A stretch of DNA of 64,000 nucleotides from a virus (IMGVR_UViG_3300036828_001020:5180-69179); one strand, 5' to 3'; positions 36,813 to 46,493 are shown, counted from the stretch's first letter. Numbers and translations are program-made. Notes: generated by a model not told the origin, from the letters alone.

Positions 36813-37078
36813 TGGGCTATCATCAAATGCCCGATCTCGAGACCCTGGCGGGTGAGTTACCCGATCCACTCCAGCGATGGACGGCACGGCGCAAGGCGGC
36901 AGTGGTCGCGGCGATCACGCTGCAGCGGATCAGCCGCGAGGAGGCGTGCCGCCGTTATCAGGTGACCGAGGAGGAATTAACGGACTGGATCGCCCGGCTT
37001 GAGCAGCATGGCGTCCGCGGGTTGCGGACCACGCGGCTCCAGCAATTCCGACCAGTCGCAAAGGCTGACTTAGCATGA
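36812..37078 (+). CDS. sciP: SciP-like CtrA inhibitor (DUF1153)
   Basis: LP..QRWTARRKAAVVAA..ISREEACRRYQVTEEEL..W..HGVRGLRTTRLQQFR matches the SciP pattern over its whole length. Confidence 0.85.
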   Translation: MGYHQMPDLETLAGELPDPLQRWTARRKAAVVAAITLQRISREEACRRYQVTEEELTDWIARLEQHGVRGLRTTRLQQFRPVAKADLA

Positions 37079-37245
37079 GCAACGACATGGTCGACATCGC
37101 GACCGCGGCCACCAAAGCCGACGTTCATAGAGCGCTGGCCGAGCTGCGCCTCGACCTGCTCAAATGGAAGGTGGTGCAAACCATGGTGATCATCACCGCG
37201 CTCGGCGGGTTGATCATCTTGCTGCATTTCGGGACTAAGCCATGA
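37075..37245 (+). CDS. Small coiled-coil plus TM protein (DUF1640-like)
   Basis: ATKADV..LAELRLDLLKW followed by a hydrophobic tail. Confidence 0.55.
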   Translation: MSNDMVDIATAATKADVHRALAELRLDLLKWKVVQTMVIITALGGLIILLHFGTKP

Positions 37246-37844
37246 CCGACGACAAGATCCAGCGCCTGCCGATCGCCAGGGATGAGCTCGACGCGACCTT
37301 GCGCGCGACGCTGGCGCGCGATGAGATGACCCGCATCCAACTCGGGGAAGGTCCCGAAGCCATCATCGTCGCCGATGCCTACCCGCGGCGGCAATGCGGG
37401 CAATGCACATTTTGTTGCACCGCGGCCGGGGTCAACGAGCTCGAAAAGCTGCCGATGAAGCGCTGCCAACATCTGCGCGACGGCGGCTGCGGGATTTACC
37501 CGGATCGCCCCTCGAGCTGCGCCAAATTCTCTTGCGGCTGGCTGATCGGCAATTTCGACGAGCGCTTCCGGCCCGACAAGATCGGTGCCTACGTCGCATT
37601 TTTCATGACCGAGGAGTTCGGCTTTTACGCGGTGGTGCAGATGATGACTGCCCGCGCCAAGCCCAAACGGATCGCGCAGATGATCAAGCGCCTGTTGGTG
37701 TGGGTGCCCGAGGTGCGTGTCGTTGTCGACGACGCGCACGGGACGATCTACCGGCATGACAAGCCGCCCTGCCGATTTATCAGGCTCGACCGCGAGCCCG
37801 GTGACTACGAGACGCTTATTTACCGACTGCTCGATCCACGATGA
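37242..37844 (+). CDS. YkgJ / UPF0153-like Cys-cluster protein
   Basis: CGQCTFCC..CQHL..CGIYPDRPSSC. Confidence 0.8.
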   Translation: MTDDKIQRLPIARDELDATLRATLARDEMTRIQLGEGPEAIIVADAYPRRQCGQCTFCCTAAGVNELEKLPMKRCQHLRDGGCGIYPDRPSSCAKFSCGWLIGNFDERFRPDKIGAYVAFFMTEEFGFYAVVQMMTARAKPKRIAQMIKRLLVWVPEVRVVVDDAHGTIYRHDKPPCRFIRLDREPGDYETLIYRLLDPR

Positions 37845-38143
37845 CTCTGTCGATGCTGGCGATCTGGGCCGCGGCCTTTGCGATAGGGGCGATCATTGGC
37901 TGGCTGATTGCCGCGTGTTGGGAACGCCGGCTGAAGGCGCGCGGTAAATTCTGGTCGGGTTTATGGTGATATGCATAGGATGAACCACGTGCGCGAGTAT
38001 CTCATCGATCTGCATCGATCCACCCCATCGGGGTTCTGGTATGGGCTTGCCTTCGGGATAACGTTCTCGTGGTTGCTCATCATCTCGTTGTAGAACAACC
38101 ACTGCCAGTCCGGAGAAACGGCGATGCTTGAATGGATGATCGT

Positions 38144-38342
38144 CATTTACGAGATGAATACCCACCGTCTCGTTATAGAACAGCCACTGCACTTCCCGAC
38201 GCGCGAAGCATGCGACCGCGCTCGAGAGGGCTATAACGGCTGGCCATCACGAACCTACGCGCTGTGCCGACCAATTCAGACACCCAAGGTAGGAGCCAGC
38301 CCTGACCTCGACCCGGCTCCGGCTCGGCCCTTATTTTTATAG
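38144..38342 (+). CDS. Small hypothetical protein (start uncertain, possibly 38124)
   Basis: FPTREAC..ALCRP two-Cys pattern common in small phage proteins. Confidence 0.45.
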
Positions 38343-38548
38343 CCTCGAAAAACCCGATCCCCGGCGGCTCTCATGTCGTGGTTCCGAGGGTCTTCTCGTT
38401 GACCGCACGATGATTTCGAAAAGTCGAGGGGCTGTGATCAGGATGATTGGCCTGGCGCTGATCTGGGCCGGGACTGTGATCACGATGATTGGCCTGGCGC
38501 TGATCTGGACCGCGGCCTTATTTTTATAGCCTCGAAAAACCCGATCCC
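38329..38548. repeat. 33-bp direct repeats enclosing a 42-bp tandem duplication
   Basis: CCTTATTTTTATAGCCTCGAAAAACCCGATCCC at 38329 and 38516. Confidence 0.85.
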
Positions 38549-38549
38549 A

Positions 38550-38846
38550 TCACAGCGGATCGATCCCCATGTCGATGGCCCGGGTCAACCAGCTGGCGAT
38601 TGCCTCGCGGCTGGTCAGCCCATCGACGGCGGCCCGCATCTCGGCGAAATTGGCGTTTGTCTTCGGCGAGGCGTGCGGGTTGCGGTCCCAGGCCGAGGCC
38701 ATGATCCACTGCCGCAGATAGGCCCGCAGCGCAGCGATCTGCTGGCCAGTCAGCGGCTCGTGGTTGAGGTAAGCCTCGACTGCCGGGCGCAGCACACCCG
38801 AGGTCTCGTACATCCAGTAGCCGGGCGCTTCGTCGGCGGCGTTCAT
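38550..38846 (-). CDS. Conserved phage hypothetical protein
   Basis: PGYWMYETSGVLRPAV..LRAYLRQW..GIDPL. Confidence 0.7.
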   Translation of the reverse strand: MNAADEAPGYWMYETSGVLRPAVEAYLNHEPLTGQQIAALRAYLRQWIMASAWDRNPHASPKTNANFAEMRAAVDGLTSREAIASWLTRAIDMGIDPL

Positions 38847-39088
38847 GTCGTGGTTCCGAGGATCATTGCGTTGACCGCGACCAGCGCATCGACCGCGATG
38901 ATATGCTCTGCCAGCACGCCGGCGCGCAGTTGGCTGGTAGCCTCGCGGTCGCCGGCAACGTGGTGCCCGGCCAGCCAGATCGCCAGACAATCGGCCAGCG
39001 CCGCCCCTTGAATATCCGGTGGATGACCGGCGAGCAGCGGCTTGATGCGCTCGACAAGCGCCGTGATCGTCTCGGTCTGATTGTTCAT
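38843..39088 (-). CDS. Hypothetical protein
   Basis: LLAGHPPDIQGAALAD; coupled to the next gene. Confidence 0.6.
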   Translation of the reverse strand: MNNQTETITALVERIKPLLAGHPPDIQGAALADCLAIWLAGHHVAGDREATSQLRAGVLAEHIIAVDALVAVNAMILGTTT

Positions 39089-39139
39089 GCCGCAGTATAG
39101 CGGAAGGGCGGCACGGGCCGCCCCTCCAGCCGCGCGGGA

Positions 39140-40282
39140 TTAAAAGAAGCTCGTCGACGACGCCGGCAGAAACCGGGTCGGCACCGGGACGCTGCTGTTA
39201 AACAGGTTGCTAAACGATCCGCGAGCCAAGGGTGCGGCGACGCCGCCCTCGCGCACCTCGGACAGACCCAAGAGCGTGGTCGGCCCGATCTCGTCGATGA
39301 TCCCGAAAATCCCGACCTTGCTTGCCGGGGCCGAGACAACCACACCCTTGCGCCCCATCAGCGAGGTTACCAGGCTGGGGTTGATCGAGGTCAGCGACAC
39401 CTCTTCCCAGCAGATAAATTCGGTCGAGGTCGACAGGAGGTTTTCGTTGCCGAGCGTGCTCGGGTTGCCGCCAAAGAAATCGAGATCGACAAACACCGGG
39501 TTGTTGGGGCGGTTTGATTTGACGTCGAGCGTGAGCAGGGTCAGCGAACCCTGACTAACAACCGGGCCGGCGGTGTTGGTGTACCTGACGTCGCCAAGCA
39601 CCTGCCCGGTGACCGCCTGGTAATGCCCGGCCGCACCATCAAAGAGCAGCGCGCCGTTGCCGTTGGTGGTGATTGGCGCGGCGTTGGCCAGCCGCGGGTC
39701 GGCTTGGATCGGGATGGCGTTGTAGCTCGCCTGCGCGGTCGGGCTCGCACGCACCACCGCATCCCCGATCAGCCCGTCGAACTTGATCGGGCTGTCGCTC
39801 GCCGGGGTGATCACCCAGCCGATCAGATAGCCGCCCGAGCACGGAGCCGCGGGAACGGTCTTTGTCGGCAAACCGCTGGCATAGCCGTTTTGCTGGGTGC
39901 CGTCAGGCACCAGCACGATCTTTTCAAACACCGTGGCGGTGACGTCGAAATCGGTTTCCTTGCAGATAAAGCTACCGGCGAGATCGGCCTCGGAGGTGCC
40001 ACATACCCAATGAAAGCGGATCTTGACCGGCTCGTGCTCAGGGCACGACACCCCTTTGGGGCAAACCACGCCAACCTCGATCTCGGTGACCGGGGCAGCG
40101 GCACCCTCGGGCAGTGTGAGTGGGGGGGCGTTGAGGAATTTGGGAAACACGATGACGCTGCCGGGTTCGGTGGCGTCGTTTAAGGTGGGGCTGCGCACCT
40201 GGGCGGAAGCCGCTCCGGCCAAGGCCAATAGCGGGAATATCCACCCGGCGGTCCGAATGGCCCGTTTAATAATAAACCGCAT
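39140..40282 (-). CDS. Secreted beta-rich protein, host-like
   Basis: Signal peptide ending ASA; six Cys; AGAAGGA SD. Confidence 0.75.
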   Translation of the reverse strand: MRFIIKRAIRTAGWIFPLLALAGAASAQVRSPTLNDATEPGSVIVFPKFLNAPPLTLPEGAAAPVTEIEVGVVCPKGVSCPEHEPVKIRFHWVCGTSEADLAGSFICKETDFDVTATVFEKIVLVPDGTQQNGYASGLPTKTVPAAPCSGGYLIGWVITPASDSPIKFDGLIGDAVVRASPTAQASYNAIPIQADPRLANAAPITTNGNGALLFDGAAGHYQAVTGQVLGDVRYTNTAGPVVSQGSLTLLTLDVKSNRPNNPVFVDLDFFGGNPSTLGNENLLSTSTEFICWEEVSLTSINPSLVTSLMGRKGVVVSAPASKVGIFGIIDEIGPTTLLGLSEVREGGVAAPLARGSFSNLFNSSVPVPTRFLPASSTSFF

Positions 40283-40531
40283 GTTTTGAATTTCCTTCTA
40301 AAGCCTCTTGATTGAGGCCCCGCACTATCGAGCAATCCCTATACCAACTGCCATTGTCTCGCGTTTTGCTTATTCTTGAAGAACTTAAGAGAAAGGCCCG
40401 AGGCATCCGAATCCGAAGATCCGGACTCTGCGCCCCAAGCGAATCCGGAAATCCGGACTATATTAATTTCGGCTGCGCGGTGGCGATAAAATATCAATAT
40501 CTAGCAGACCTGGCGCAGCTCGGGACGTTAT

Positions 40532-41131
40532 TTAGGCGTGTACGATATTCGGTAACGCCGCCCGTTCGTCAAGCGATTGTTCTACGCCACGGTTTTTTGA
40601 CCAGCTGCGGGCCACCTGATCGAGCCCGCGGCGCAGCCGGCGCACGGTCACCGGGCGGGCGCCGCCGGCGAGCACGACATAAAGAAACGGCAGCCATTGG
40701 CCCTCGGCCACGGCAAAGGTCAAGGCCACGAGCTCGGGAGCCAAGCGGCCGCTCAGGCGCTCGAGCACGCGGCGGGCAAACTCGGCGCCGCGGTCCTCGC
40801 TGGGCCCGATGCCGCGCGCGCCAAAGATCGCCATCCATGAGACTTGCGGGCTCGAGCGGCCGAGATCGCGCCGCGCCACCTCGAGCAGATCACCCAGATC
40901 GCGCCCCGCCAGATAGTGGTCTTTGTCGATCAGCCCGCGGCCGTAAAGGATGCCCAGCGGATCCACCGGCAGATCGGCTGACCCGGTCGCTGACACCCGG
41001 TGCGCTTGCAGCTCGCTGGTGCCGCTATCGTGGACGATAACGCCGCGGCGGCCGGCGCGGGTGGTCTGCCGGCGGCGGGCATGGAGCAGGCGTGGACGAC
41101 CTCGCCGGCGCCCGGTCTTGCGTCTGGTCAT
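40532..41131 (-). CDS. Putative late-gene activator / antiterminator (DUF6456-like)
   Basis: DPLGILYGRGLID..YLAGRDL and LRRGLDQVA..W; sits upstream of the late genes. Confidence 0.55.
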   Translation of the reverse strand: MTRRKTGRRRGRPRLLHARRRQTTRAGRRGVIVHDSGTSELQAHRVSATGSADLPVDPLGILYGRGLIDKDHYLAGRDLGDLLEVARRDLGRSSPQVSWMAIFGARGIGPSEDRGAEFARRVLERLSGRLAPELVALTFAVAEGQWLPFLYVVLAGGARPVTVRRLRRGLDQVARSWSKNRGVEQSLDERAALPNIVHA

Positions 41132-41267
41132 TGCAGATTGATACCAATCACCCCCTCAGACGGCATTCCTACAAGACAAACATCGACTTGGCGACGATTT
41201 CTCTTAATCTGTCGACGGTGTCGGCGGGGCCGTCGTCACGATATGCTGAAATAATGAGGGGGTAGGG

Positions 41268-42257
41268 ATGCGAGACTCGAAAACCGAGCAATTTCTCGAT
41301 CACGGACAATATAAATATTCCTATCAGGAAAGGGTCGAATTTTCTGACATCGCCCTCGACGCGAGTCAGGAAAATCCTTCACGTCTATTACGCCGGCTCA
41401 ATGAGGATTTGGCGATCAGCTACGGGCTAGCGATGCAAGACGGTGACAAATTTCCCGCAATCGTGCTGTTGCAGCTGGCTGCGGACCAGCCCAAAAAATA
41501 CCTGATCGCAACCGGGGTGCATCGGGTCAAAGGGGCCGAGCTAATCGAGCAGCACTATTTTGACGCTTACGTGGTGATCGAGCCCGATGTCTATCGTGAA
41601 GAAGTGCTGATCCGGCAGCTCAACACGATCGAAGGCCAAGGCGTATCAATCACCGATCGCATCGCCCAGGTTCTGCTCTTGCATGAGAAGTATCCCGACA
41701 AGACGCTGACCACCCTGGCGCGGGAATGGCGACTTAACGAAAAATCGGTCAAGCTGTCGCACAGTGCCGAGCAGGCGTTGAAGCGTGGCCTGCGGTTTGG
41801 CTACGATTTTAGCAAGGCCAAGCTGTCGCGCACGATCCAGGTCGGGTTGAACGGTATCCACTCGGATGTGGTCTTTCAGCGTGCCGCGCAATTCGCGTTG
41901 ACCCCGTCGGTCAGCCCCGGCGATATCGAGGCCATGATCAAGGAAATCAGAAAGGCGCCACGCGAGGAATCTGCCGGGCTTGCCATCATCAATCAACGCA
42001 TGGACGAGCTGGTGCAGCGCACAATCCACGCCAAGGCGCGGCACGGCCGGATCTCGCCAACCGCCGCGACAAATCTGATCGCCAATTGTCGCCGCATCCT
42101 CTCGCAGATCGAGAAAGGTGTCGAAAACCTGCACCTAGCGGCACTAAACAACCCGGCCGACGCGCTGATCGTCGTCGACGACACTGTGAAGTGGTTAAAA
42201 AGTGTGGCGACCGAGCTTGATCGGATCCGCCGTCTCGGGGCGTTGGCGGCCGCTTGA
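41268..42257 (+). CDS. ParB-N-like domain protein
   Basis: FPAIVL..IATGVHRV; HTH-like LAREW segment. Confidence 0.65.
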   Translation: MRDSKTEQFLDHGQYKYSYQERVEFSDIALDASQENPSRLLRRLNEDLAISYGLAMQDGDKFPAIVLLQLAADQPKKYLIATGVHRVKGAELIEQHYFDAYVVIEPDVYREEVLIRQLNTIEGQGVSITDRIAQVLLLHEKYPDKTLTTLAREWRLNEKSVKLSHSAEQALKRGLRFGYDFSKAKLSRTIQVGLNGIHSDVVFQRAAQFALTPSVSPGDIEAMIKEIRKAPREESAGLAIINQRMDELVQRTIHAKARHGRISPTAATNLIANCRRILSQIEKGVENLHLAALNNPADALIVVDDTVKWLKSVATELDRIRRLGALAAA

Positions 42258-43039
42258 GCTGGCAATCCGACCTTTTTGATCTGATACGGGATCGCCAGTG
42301 GTATCAGGTCGGCGAGCTGTTTGAAATCTGCGAGAGCCAGATCCCGTTACATTTAGCGATGCGCCGCGCGATGGCGCCCAGCCGCTATCGCACCGAGCTG
42401 CCAACCAATTTTGAAGCCCGGTTGTTAGCATTTCGCATGATATTGTCGGTGTTTGGCGTTGAGACCGAGACGCCGCCGCGAGGGCGCCGGTATGGCACTC
42501 CCAAGTTCCAATGGAATACGCGGATCCGTCTGCGCTACCTGGCCAACCGCAGCTGTCCGGTTTGTCGCGGGCCGGTAATCAAGGCCTCTTGGTCAATCAG
42601 GGCCGCTGATTATGGCGCCTGCGCAGCCAGTTGTCTGGCCTGTGAAAAGCCACCCGCACCGGTAATCACCTTCCCCGGTTTACTCGAACAACGACGGCGG
42701 TTGCTCACACTCATTGACATAATCCACAAGCCGATCGTTACGGCGGCACCGGCAGCCGTGCTCCCGCAACGCGGCTGGGTGAGCCTGGTGCACAATCCCA
42801 TGGTGGACGCCCCCAACGTGCATCGATTGCTATTTCACAATCACCGCGATTTGGCTCGGGCGATCAAGCGCACGCTGGGATTTGGCTCGATCAACGGCTA
42901 TGAACGCGAGCTTGATCGAAACCAGGGTGATGGCGGCGCCATTCTCCACAAACACGGCATGACTATTACGGATTTATATTATCGGTTGATCGGAATGCCC
43001 TGGCGTGGTGCTCGAAGAATTTCACCAGGCTCCAAATGA
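42254..43039 (+). CDS. Zn-finger-containing hypothetical protein
   Basis: CPVC..CLAC; coupled to the previous gene. Confidence 0.6.
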   Translation: MSWQSDLFDLIRDRQWYQVGELFEICESQIPLHLAMRRAMAPSRYRTELPTNFEARLLAFRMILSVFGVETETPPRGRRYGTPKFQWNTRIRLRYLANRSCPVCRGPVIKASWSIRAADYGACAASCLACEKPPAPVITFPGLLEQRRRLLTLIDIIHKPIVTAAPAAVLPQRGWVSLVHNPMVDAPNVHRLLFHNHRDLARAIKRTLGFGSINGYERELDRNQGDGGAILHKHGMTITDLYYRLIGMPWRGARRISPGSK

Positions 43040-43245
43040 TCAGCGGTCGCCGCCCCAGCACTCAGCCGGGATCAGATCAGGCTCACGAGCTTGACGATGC
43101 CCCAAATGATCAACGCCCACAAAATCGTCGACGGCAGCAAGGCGCGCTGGATGCCGCGGAATAGGCGCAGATCGTCGTCGTCAGGCTCGCAGGCGTCCTC
43201 GGCGCTGACCGCCCAGCGGCGTGGGGATTTGGCGCCCACCGGCCG

Positions 43246-43503
43246 CTAACAGTCACGCTCGCGAGCGAAGACCGCGAGCCAGATATCCAAAACAGCGACA
43301 AACATCTCGTAATTGTCTGCGACCGATCGATCGCCGTTCTGCATGACACGGGCAGCAACCCGGGCAAGTGCGGTAAGAGAGGCGCCGAGCGACACCATGG
43401 ACAGCGGCTGGCTGGTGATAACCGAATAGAGAAGCCCAGTCAGCGCCTCGCTTTCAGCTTCAACCGCCATAGCGAAATGGTCGTCGTCGTCGTCATTTCC
43501 CAT
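43246..43503 (-). CDS. Hypothetical protein
   Basis: 85 aa ORF in an otherwise empty interval. Confidence 0.45.
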   Translation of the reverse strand: MGNDDDDDHFAMAVEAESEALTGLLYSVITSQPLSMVSLGASLTALARVAARVMQNGDRSVADNYEMFVAVLDIWLAVFARERDC

Positions 43504-43638
43504 GTCGCAGCCCCGGGGAAGACAACACCAGCGCAGTCTTCGCGTTTACCCACTCTGTTGCAAGCGAACGTTTGCCAACATTGCAGGCTAATATTTTAAG
43601 TTTTAGTTTTTAACGAGTGTAATATTTCATGGGGTGGC

Positions 43639-44217
43639 TCATTCCGCCGCCTCGGGGGTTTGTCCGCTTTCTTCACGGACGCGCACACCCAACTCGCGCG
43701 CCAATTCGTCCAGGTCGACATCGTTCTCAGGCGGCCCAAAGATGCGCCGTGTGCTCTGCTGCCAGCGCTCCTGCCAATGGCGCGCGAAGTCGCCGGCCGC
43801 GGTCGCCCAGGCGAGTGCCTCGGGAGTGCGCTCCCCATTGGGCAGCCGGTCCGGTCCCGCCCAGGCGATCCTGCGCAGCCTCTCGACCTCGTCGGCCTGC
43901 GACCACCAGAGCTTGCGCTCCTCATCGCTCAAGCCGGGCGGCGGCGTCATCGCGGCGCGTTCGGGTTGTTTGGGCTCCGGGTGCGCGCGGCGCCACATCG
44001 CTTCGGCCTGGCCAATCAAATACGGATCGAACCAGCGGCCTTCCTGGTCGATCGGCGATACTCGTTTGGCATCGTCCAGCACCACCCGGCGCCAGCCGTA
44101 ATCGTAGGCGTGATATTGCGAGCGCTCTGGATGGGTCAGCGCCGACCAGGAATAGCCGCCCGCCTTGAATTTCTGCTGGAGGCTCTCGCGGTGCTCCAGG
44201 CTCGGGAAGGTGCTCAT
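43639..44217 (-). CDS. Hypothetical protein
   Basis: ATGA coupling with the rep gene. Confidence 0.6.
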   Translation of the reverse strand: MSTFPSLEHRESLQQKFKAGGYSWSALTHPERSQYHAYDYGWRRVVLDDAKRVSPIDQEGRWFDPYLIGQAEAMWRRAHPEPKQPERAAMTPPPGLSDEERKLWWSQADEVERLRRIAWAGPDRLPNGERTPEALAWATAAGDFARHWQERWQQSTRRIFGPPENDVDLDELARELGVRVREESGQTPEAAE

Positions 44218-44936
44218 GGCGCGATCCCGCTCTGGATTTTCCACTCGCGCATGTCGTCCCACCGTTCCGACCGCATCCGGTGGTCGGTCTCGTCGAGCAT
44301 GCGCTGGGCAGCCGCGGGGTCGTCCCCGAGCATGGCGGCCCAGTAGGCCGCGAGACCCTCAAAGCGGCGGCGGGCTGTCAGAAAGCGGGCCAGTTTCTGG
44401 ACCAGCAGATCGCGCCGCTTCTTGCGCAGCGCTGGGCTGCTGGGCGGCCGCCACCGCCGCGGGGCAGTATTCCGGCTTAGAGGGGCGAAGGGTGTGCCAG
44501 GTCGGTGTTCAACCTTGATGCCAGCAAAGGGCGCATCGCGCCCATCTTCAGGATTCGTGTCCGTTTTTTCCTCTTTTCCCTTCGCGCGCGCGGCGTTAAG
44601 GGATTCAGACTTATCAACAGATTCTGAATCCTTTTTGGCTATGCCTTTCGTTCCAACGGTGGAGCAGCGCGCGACGCGATAGCCATCGGCGATCTGATAC
44701 ACGTTTGACTTGCTGCCGCCGCGGCAGTCGATCGTGATCGCGCCGCGAATTCGTAACTTTTTGAGCGCTCGATTGAGGGTCCCGATCGTCATGCGAGCGA
44801 CCAGCGCGAGTCGGCGCTGACCAGGCCAGCAGCGGCCGAATAAATCGGCGAAACGATGCAGTGCGGCGAGCGCTTTGAATTCTGTCGGATCGAGATCGAA
44901 AGCCGCGTCGTTAAGCTGGACAAACGGGAGCGTCAT
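44214..44936 (-). CDS. Putative replication initiator (N-terminal wHTH)
   Basis: LAALHRFAD..GRCWPGQRRLA..TLNRALKKL..G.I..SNVY. Confidence 0.7.
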   Translation of the reverse strand: MTLPFVQLNDAAFDLDPTEFKALAALHRFADLFGRCWPGQRRLALVARMTIGTLNRALKKLRIRGAITIDCRGGSKSNVYQIADGYRVARCSTVGTKGIAKKDSESVDKSESLNAARAKGKEEKTDTNPEDGRDAPFAGIKVEHRPGTPFAPLSRNTAPRRWRPPSSPALRKKRRDLLVQKLARFLTARRRFEGLAAYWAAMLGDDPAAAQRMLDETDHRMRSERWDDMREWKIQSGIAP

Positions 44937-45229
44937 GGCCGGCCCCCGCGCTGGAGCTCGCGCCAGGCGGCGGCGACCGCCTTGACGGCCTCGGTGACGG
45001 TCGGCGTCGAATATTCACAATCGACCGATCGGCCGATCTCGCGCGGGGTCATCCCATAGCCGAGCGCCCAGCAAACGTGCTCGAGTGCGACGTCGGAGGC
45101 CTCGGTGGCGGCCATGTCGGAAAATAATCGGGCGGCATCGGCGCGATTTTTCCGGCACCAATCGAGAAACGAATCAGCAACGACGAAGGGTGGAACAAAG
45201 CGGGTAACGCTAAGGTTTTCTAGGCTCAT
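44933..45229 (-). CDS. Hypothetical protein, translationally coupled to rep
   Basis: SD buried in hairpin 45230-45248. Confidence 0.6.
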   Translation of the reverse strand: MSLENLSVTRFVPPFVVADSFLDWCRKNRADAARLFSDMAATEASDVALEHVCWALGYGMTPREIGRSVDCEYSTPTVTEAVKAVAAAWRELQRGGRP

Positions 45230-45334
45230 CGGGTCCTCTCAGGACCCGCCTGAAAACCGCCGCTGGCAGGGGCTCTCAAATTAAATATTGGTGACGCTGC
45301 ATTTTTATGTTGCGGCGGCACCATATATTTCGGA

Positions 45335-45435
45335 GAGTCGCGGCTGTAACCGACGACTCACCGTGAGAGCCTCTGGTCAGGAGGGCATCAGACGGGTGGT
45401 TGAGAAGGCCCCTCGCCAAAGGGGCCTTCGGTTTA
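45335..45435 (+). ncRNA. Putative antisense RNA to the rep-operon leader
   Basis: TATATT -10-like box near 45324; 5' hairpin GAGTCG/CGACTC; terminal hairpin GAAGGCCCCT/AGGGGCCTTC. No ORF. Confidence 0.35.
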
Positions 45436-45539
45436 AGTGGGTTTAATCGATGTGACGTCCTTCCGGGACCGGGGCTGTAAAACCGGTCCCGGTTTCATTC
45501 TGGCTCGCACTCTTGGCGCCTGGCGAGTCAGAAATTCAG

Positions 45540-45954
45540 TTTTCCACAGCTCTTTTCGATTGACCGCTCGACGAGGCCTTCGCGCGGCGTTTGTCAAAAA
45601 ATAATGTTGGTGTGATCCGTTGCCGGCCATCTCGGCGGAAGGAAATATACTTATCCACAGAAATTCGCGTGCTAAGGCGGCCTTTTCAGCGTTGCTAAGG
45701 CGGCCTTTTCAGCGGCGCCCGAAAATTTATTGCGCGGGCCCGGTGATTTTCCGAGAATGCGCGCGGGTCGGAGAACCGCGGCACCGCCGCGGCAAAGGTC
45801 TCCCGGATCTCTCCGGCTTAGCCTGGCCTCCCCGGCTGCTCATGGTCGCGGGAGGCCTCTTTTTGCGAAGGCGAGCTTAGTGCCACCTGGTGCGGGCGCA
45901 GCGGCAGACCCCAGACCCGCAGCTGGGCCAGCATCTCGTCGACGCTGTGGATAA
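45540..45954. other. Putative replication origin with DnaA boxes and a 22-bp tandem repeat
   Basis: TTTTCCACA at 45540, TTATCCACA at 45651, TGTGGATAA at 45946; TGCTAAGGCGGCCTTTTCAGCG twice at 45670-45714. Confidence 0.5.
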
Positions 45955-46318
45955 CCCCGATCGCGGCGAACCCGCCCGAGGCGATCAGCAATGGGAACAT
46001 CTCTTCCTGACCGACGAGGATCCGTGGTGAGCCACGCTTGGTGCGGCCGATCCGGGTCTTTGAGAGCTGACCGCCGCGCCGCTTGACCTCGAGCCCCCAG
46101 GTGCCGTGGTAGAAAATGAAGATGTCGGGAAAGCCGCGCTTGAGCCCGACCTCGGCAAAGCGCGCGAATTGCTGCGGCGACAGCTGGGCCGCCCCGGCCG
46201 GGTAGCAGCACCACAACGCGGGTGGGAAGAGCAGCTTGTCGAGCGCCGAGCCGCAGGCCTTGTGAATGTCGAGCTCGTAGGGCTCGGGTGCTGTCAGCCG
46301 GAAGTGGCGACTAGCCAT
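45818..46318 (-). CDS. VRR-NUC-like PD-(D/E)XK nuclease
   Basis: GLKRGFPDI..LEVKRRGGQLS..Q..IHSVDE. Confidence 0.8.
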   Translation of the reverse strand: MASRHFRLTAPEPYELDIHKACGSALDKLLFPPALWCCYPAGAAQLSPQQFARFAEVGLKRGFPDIFIFYHGTWGLEVKRRGGQLSKTRIGRTKRGSPRILVGQEEMFPLLIASGGFAAIGVIHSVDEMLAQLRVWGLPLRPHQVALSSPSQKEASRDHEQPGRPG

Positions 46319-46493
46319 CTGCCGGTTCTTTGCTGGCGGCTGCTGCCTGGGCAGCCTTGGCGCAGATCTCGCAGCCCGGGCCTTCGCAGCACACCGAGAG
46401 GATCCCCAGACCAGGGACGCGGATGTCGTGCATGCGGCCGGCGAAGACCCGCGGCTCTCTGACGCTCGAGCGGCGCGGTGTGGGTTTCGGCAT
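46311..46493 (-). CDS. Small Cys-rich protein
   Basis: CCEGPGCEIC; SD present; overlaps the next gene. Confidence 0.5.
   Translation of the reverse strand: MPKPTPRRSSVREPRVFAGRMHDIRVPGLGILSVCCEGPGCEICAKAAQAAAASKEPADG

Noticed and set aside
38329-38548. Mini CRISPR array
   Set aside because: Only two repeats, 154 bp apart, with no regular spacers and no cas genes.
45433-45446. Second CtrA box
   Set aside because: The TTAA half-sites are 6 nt apart, not 7.
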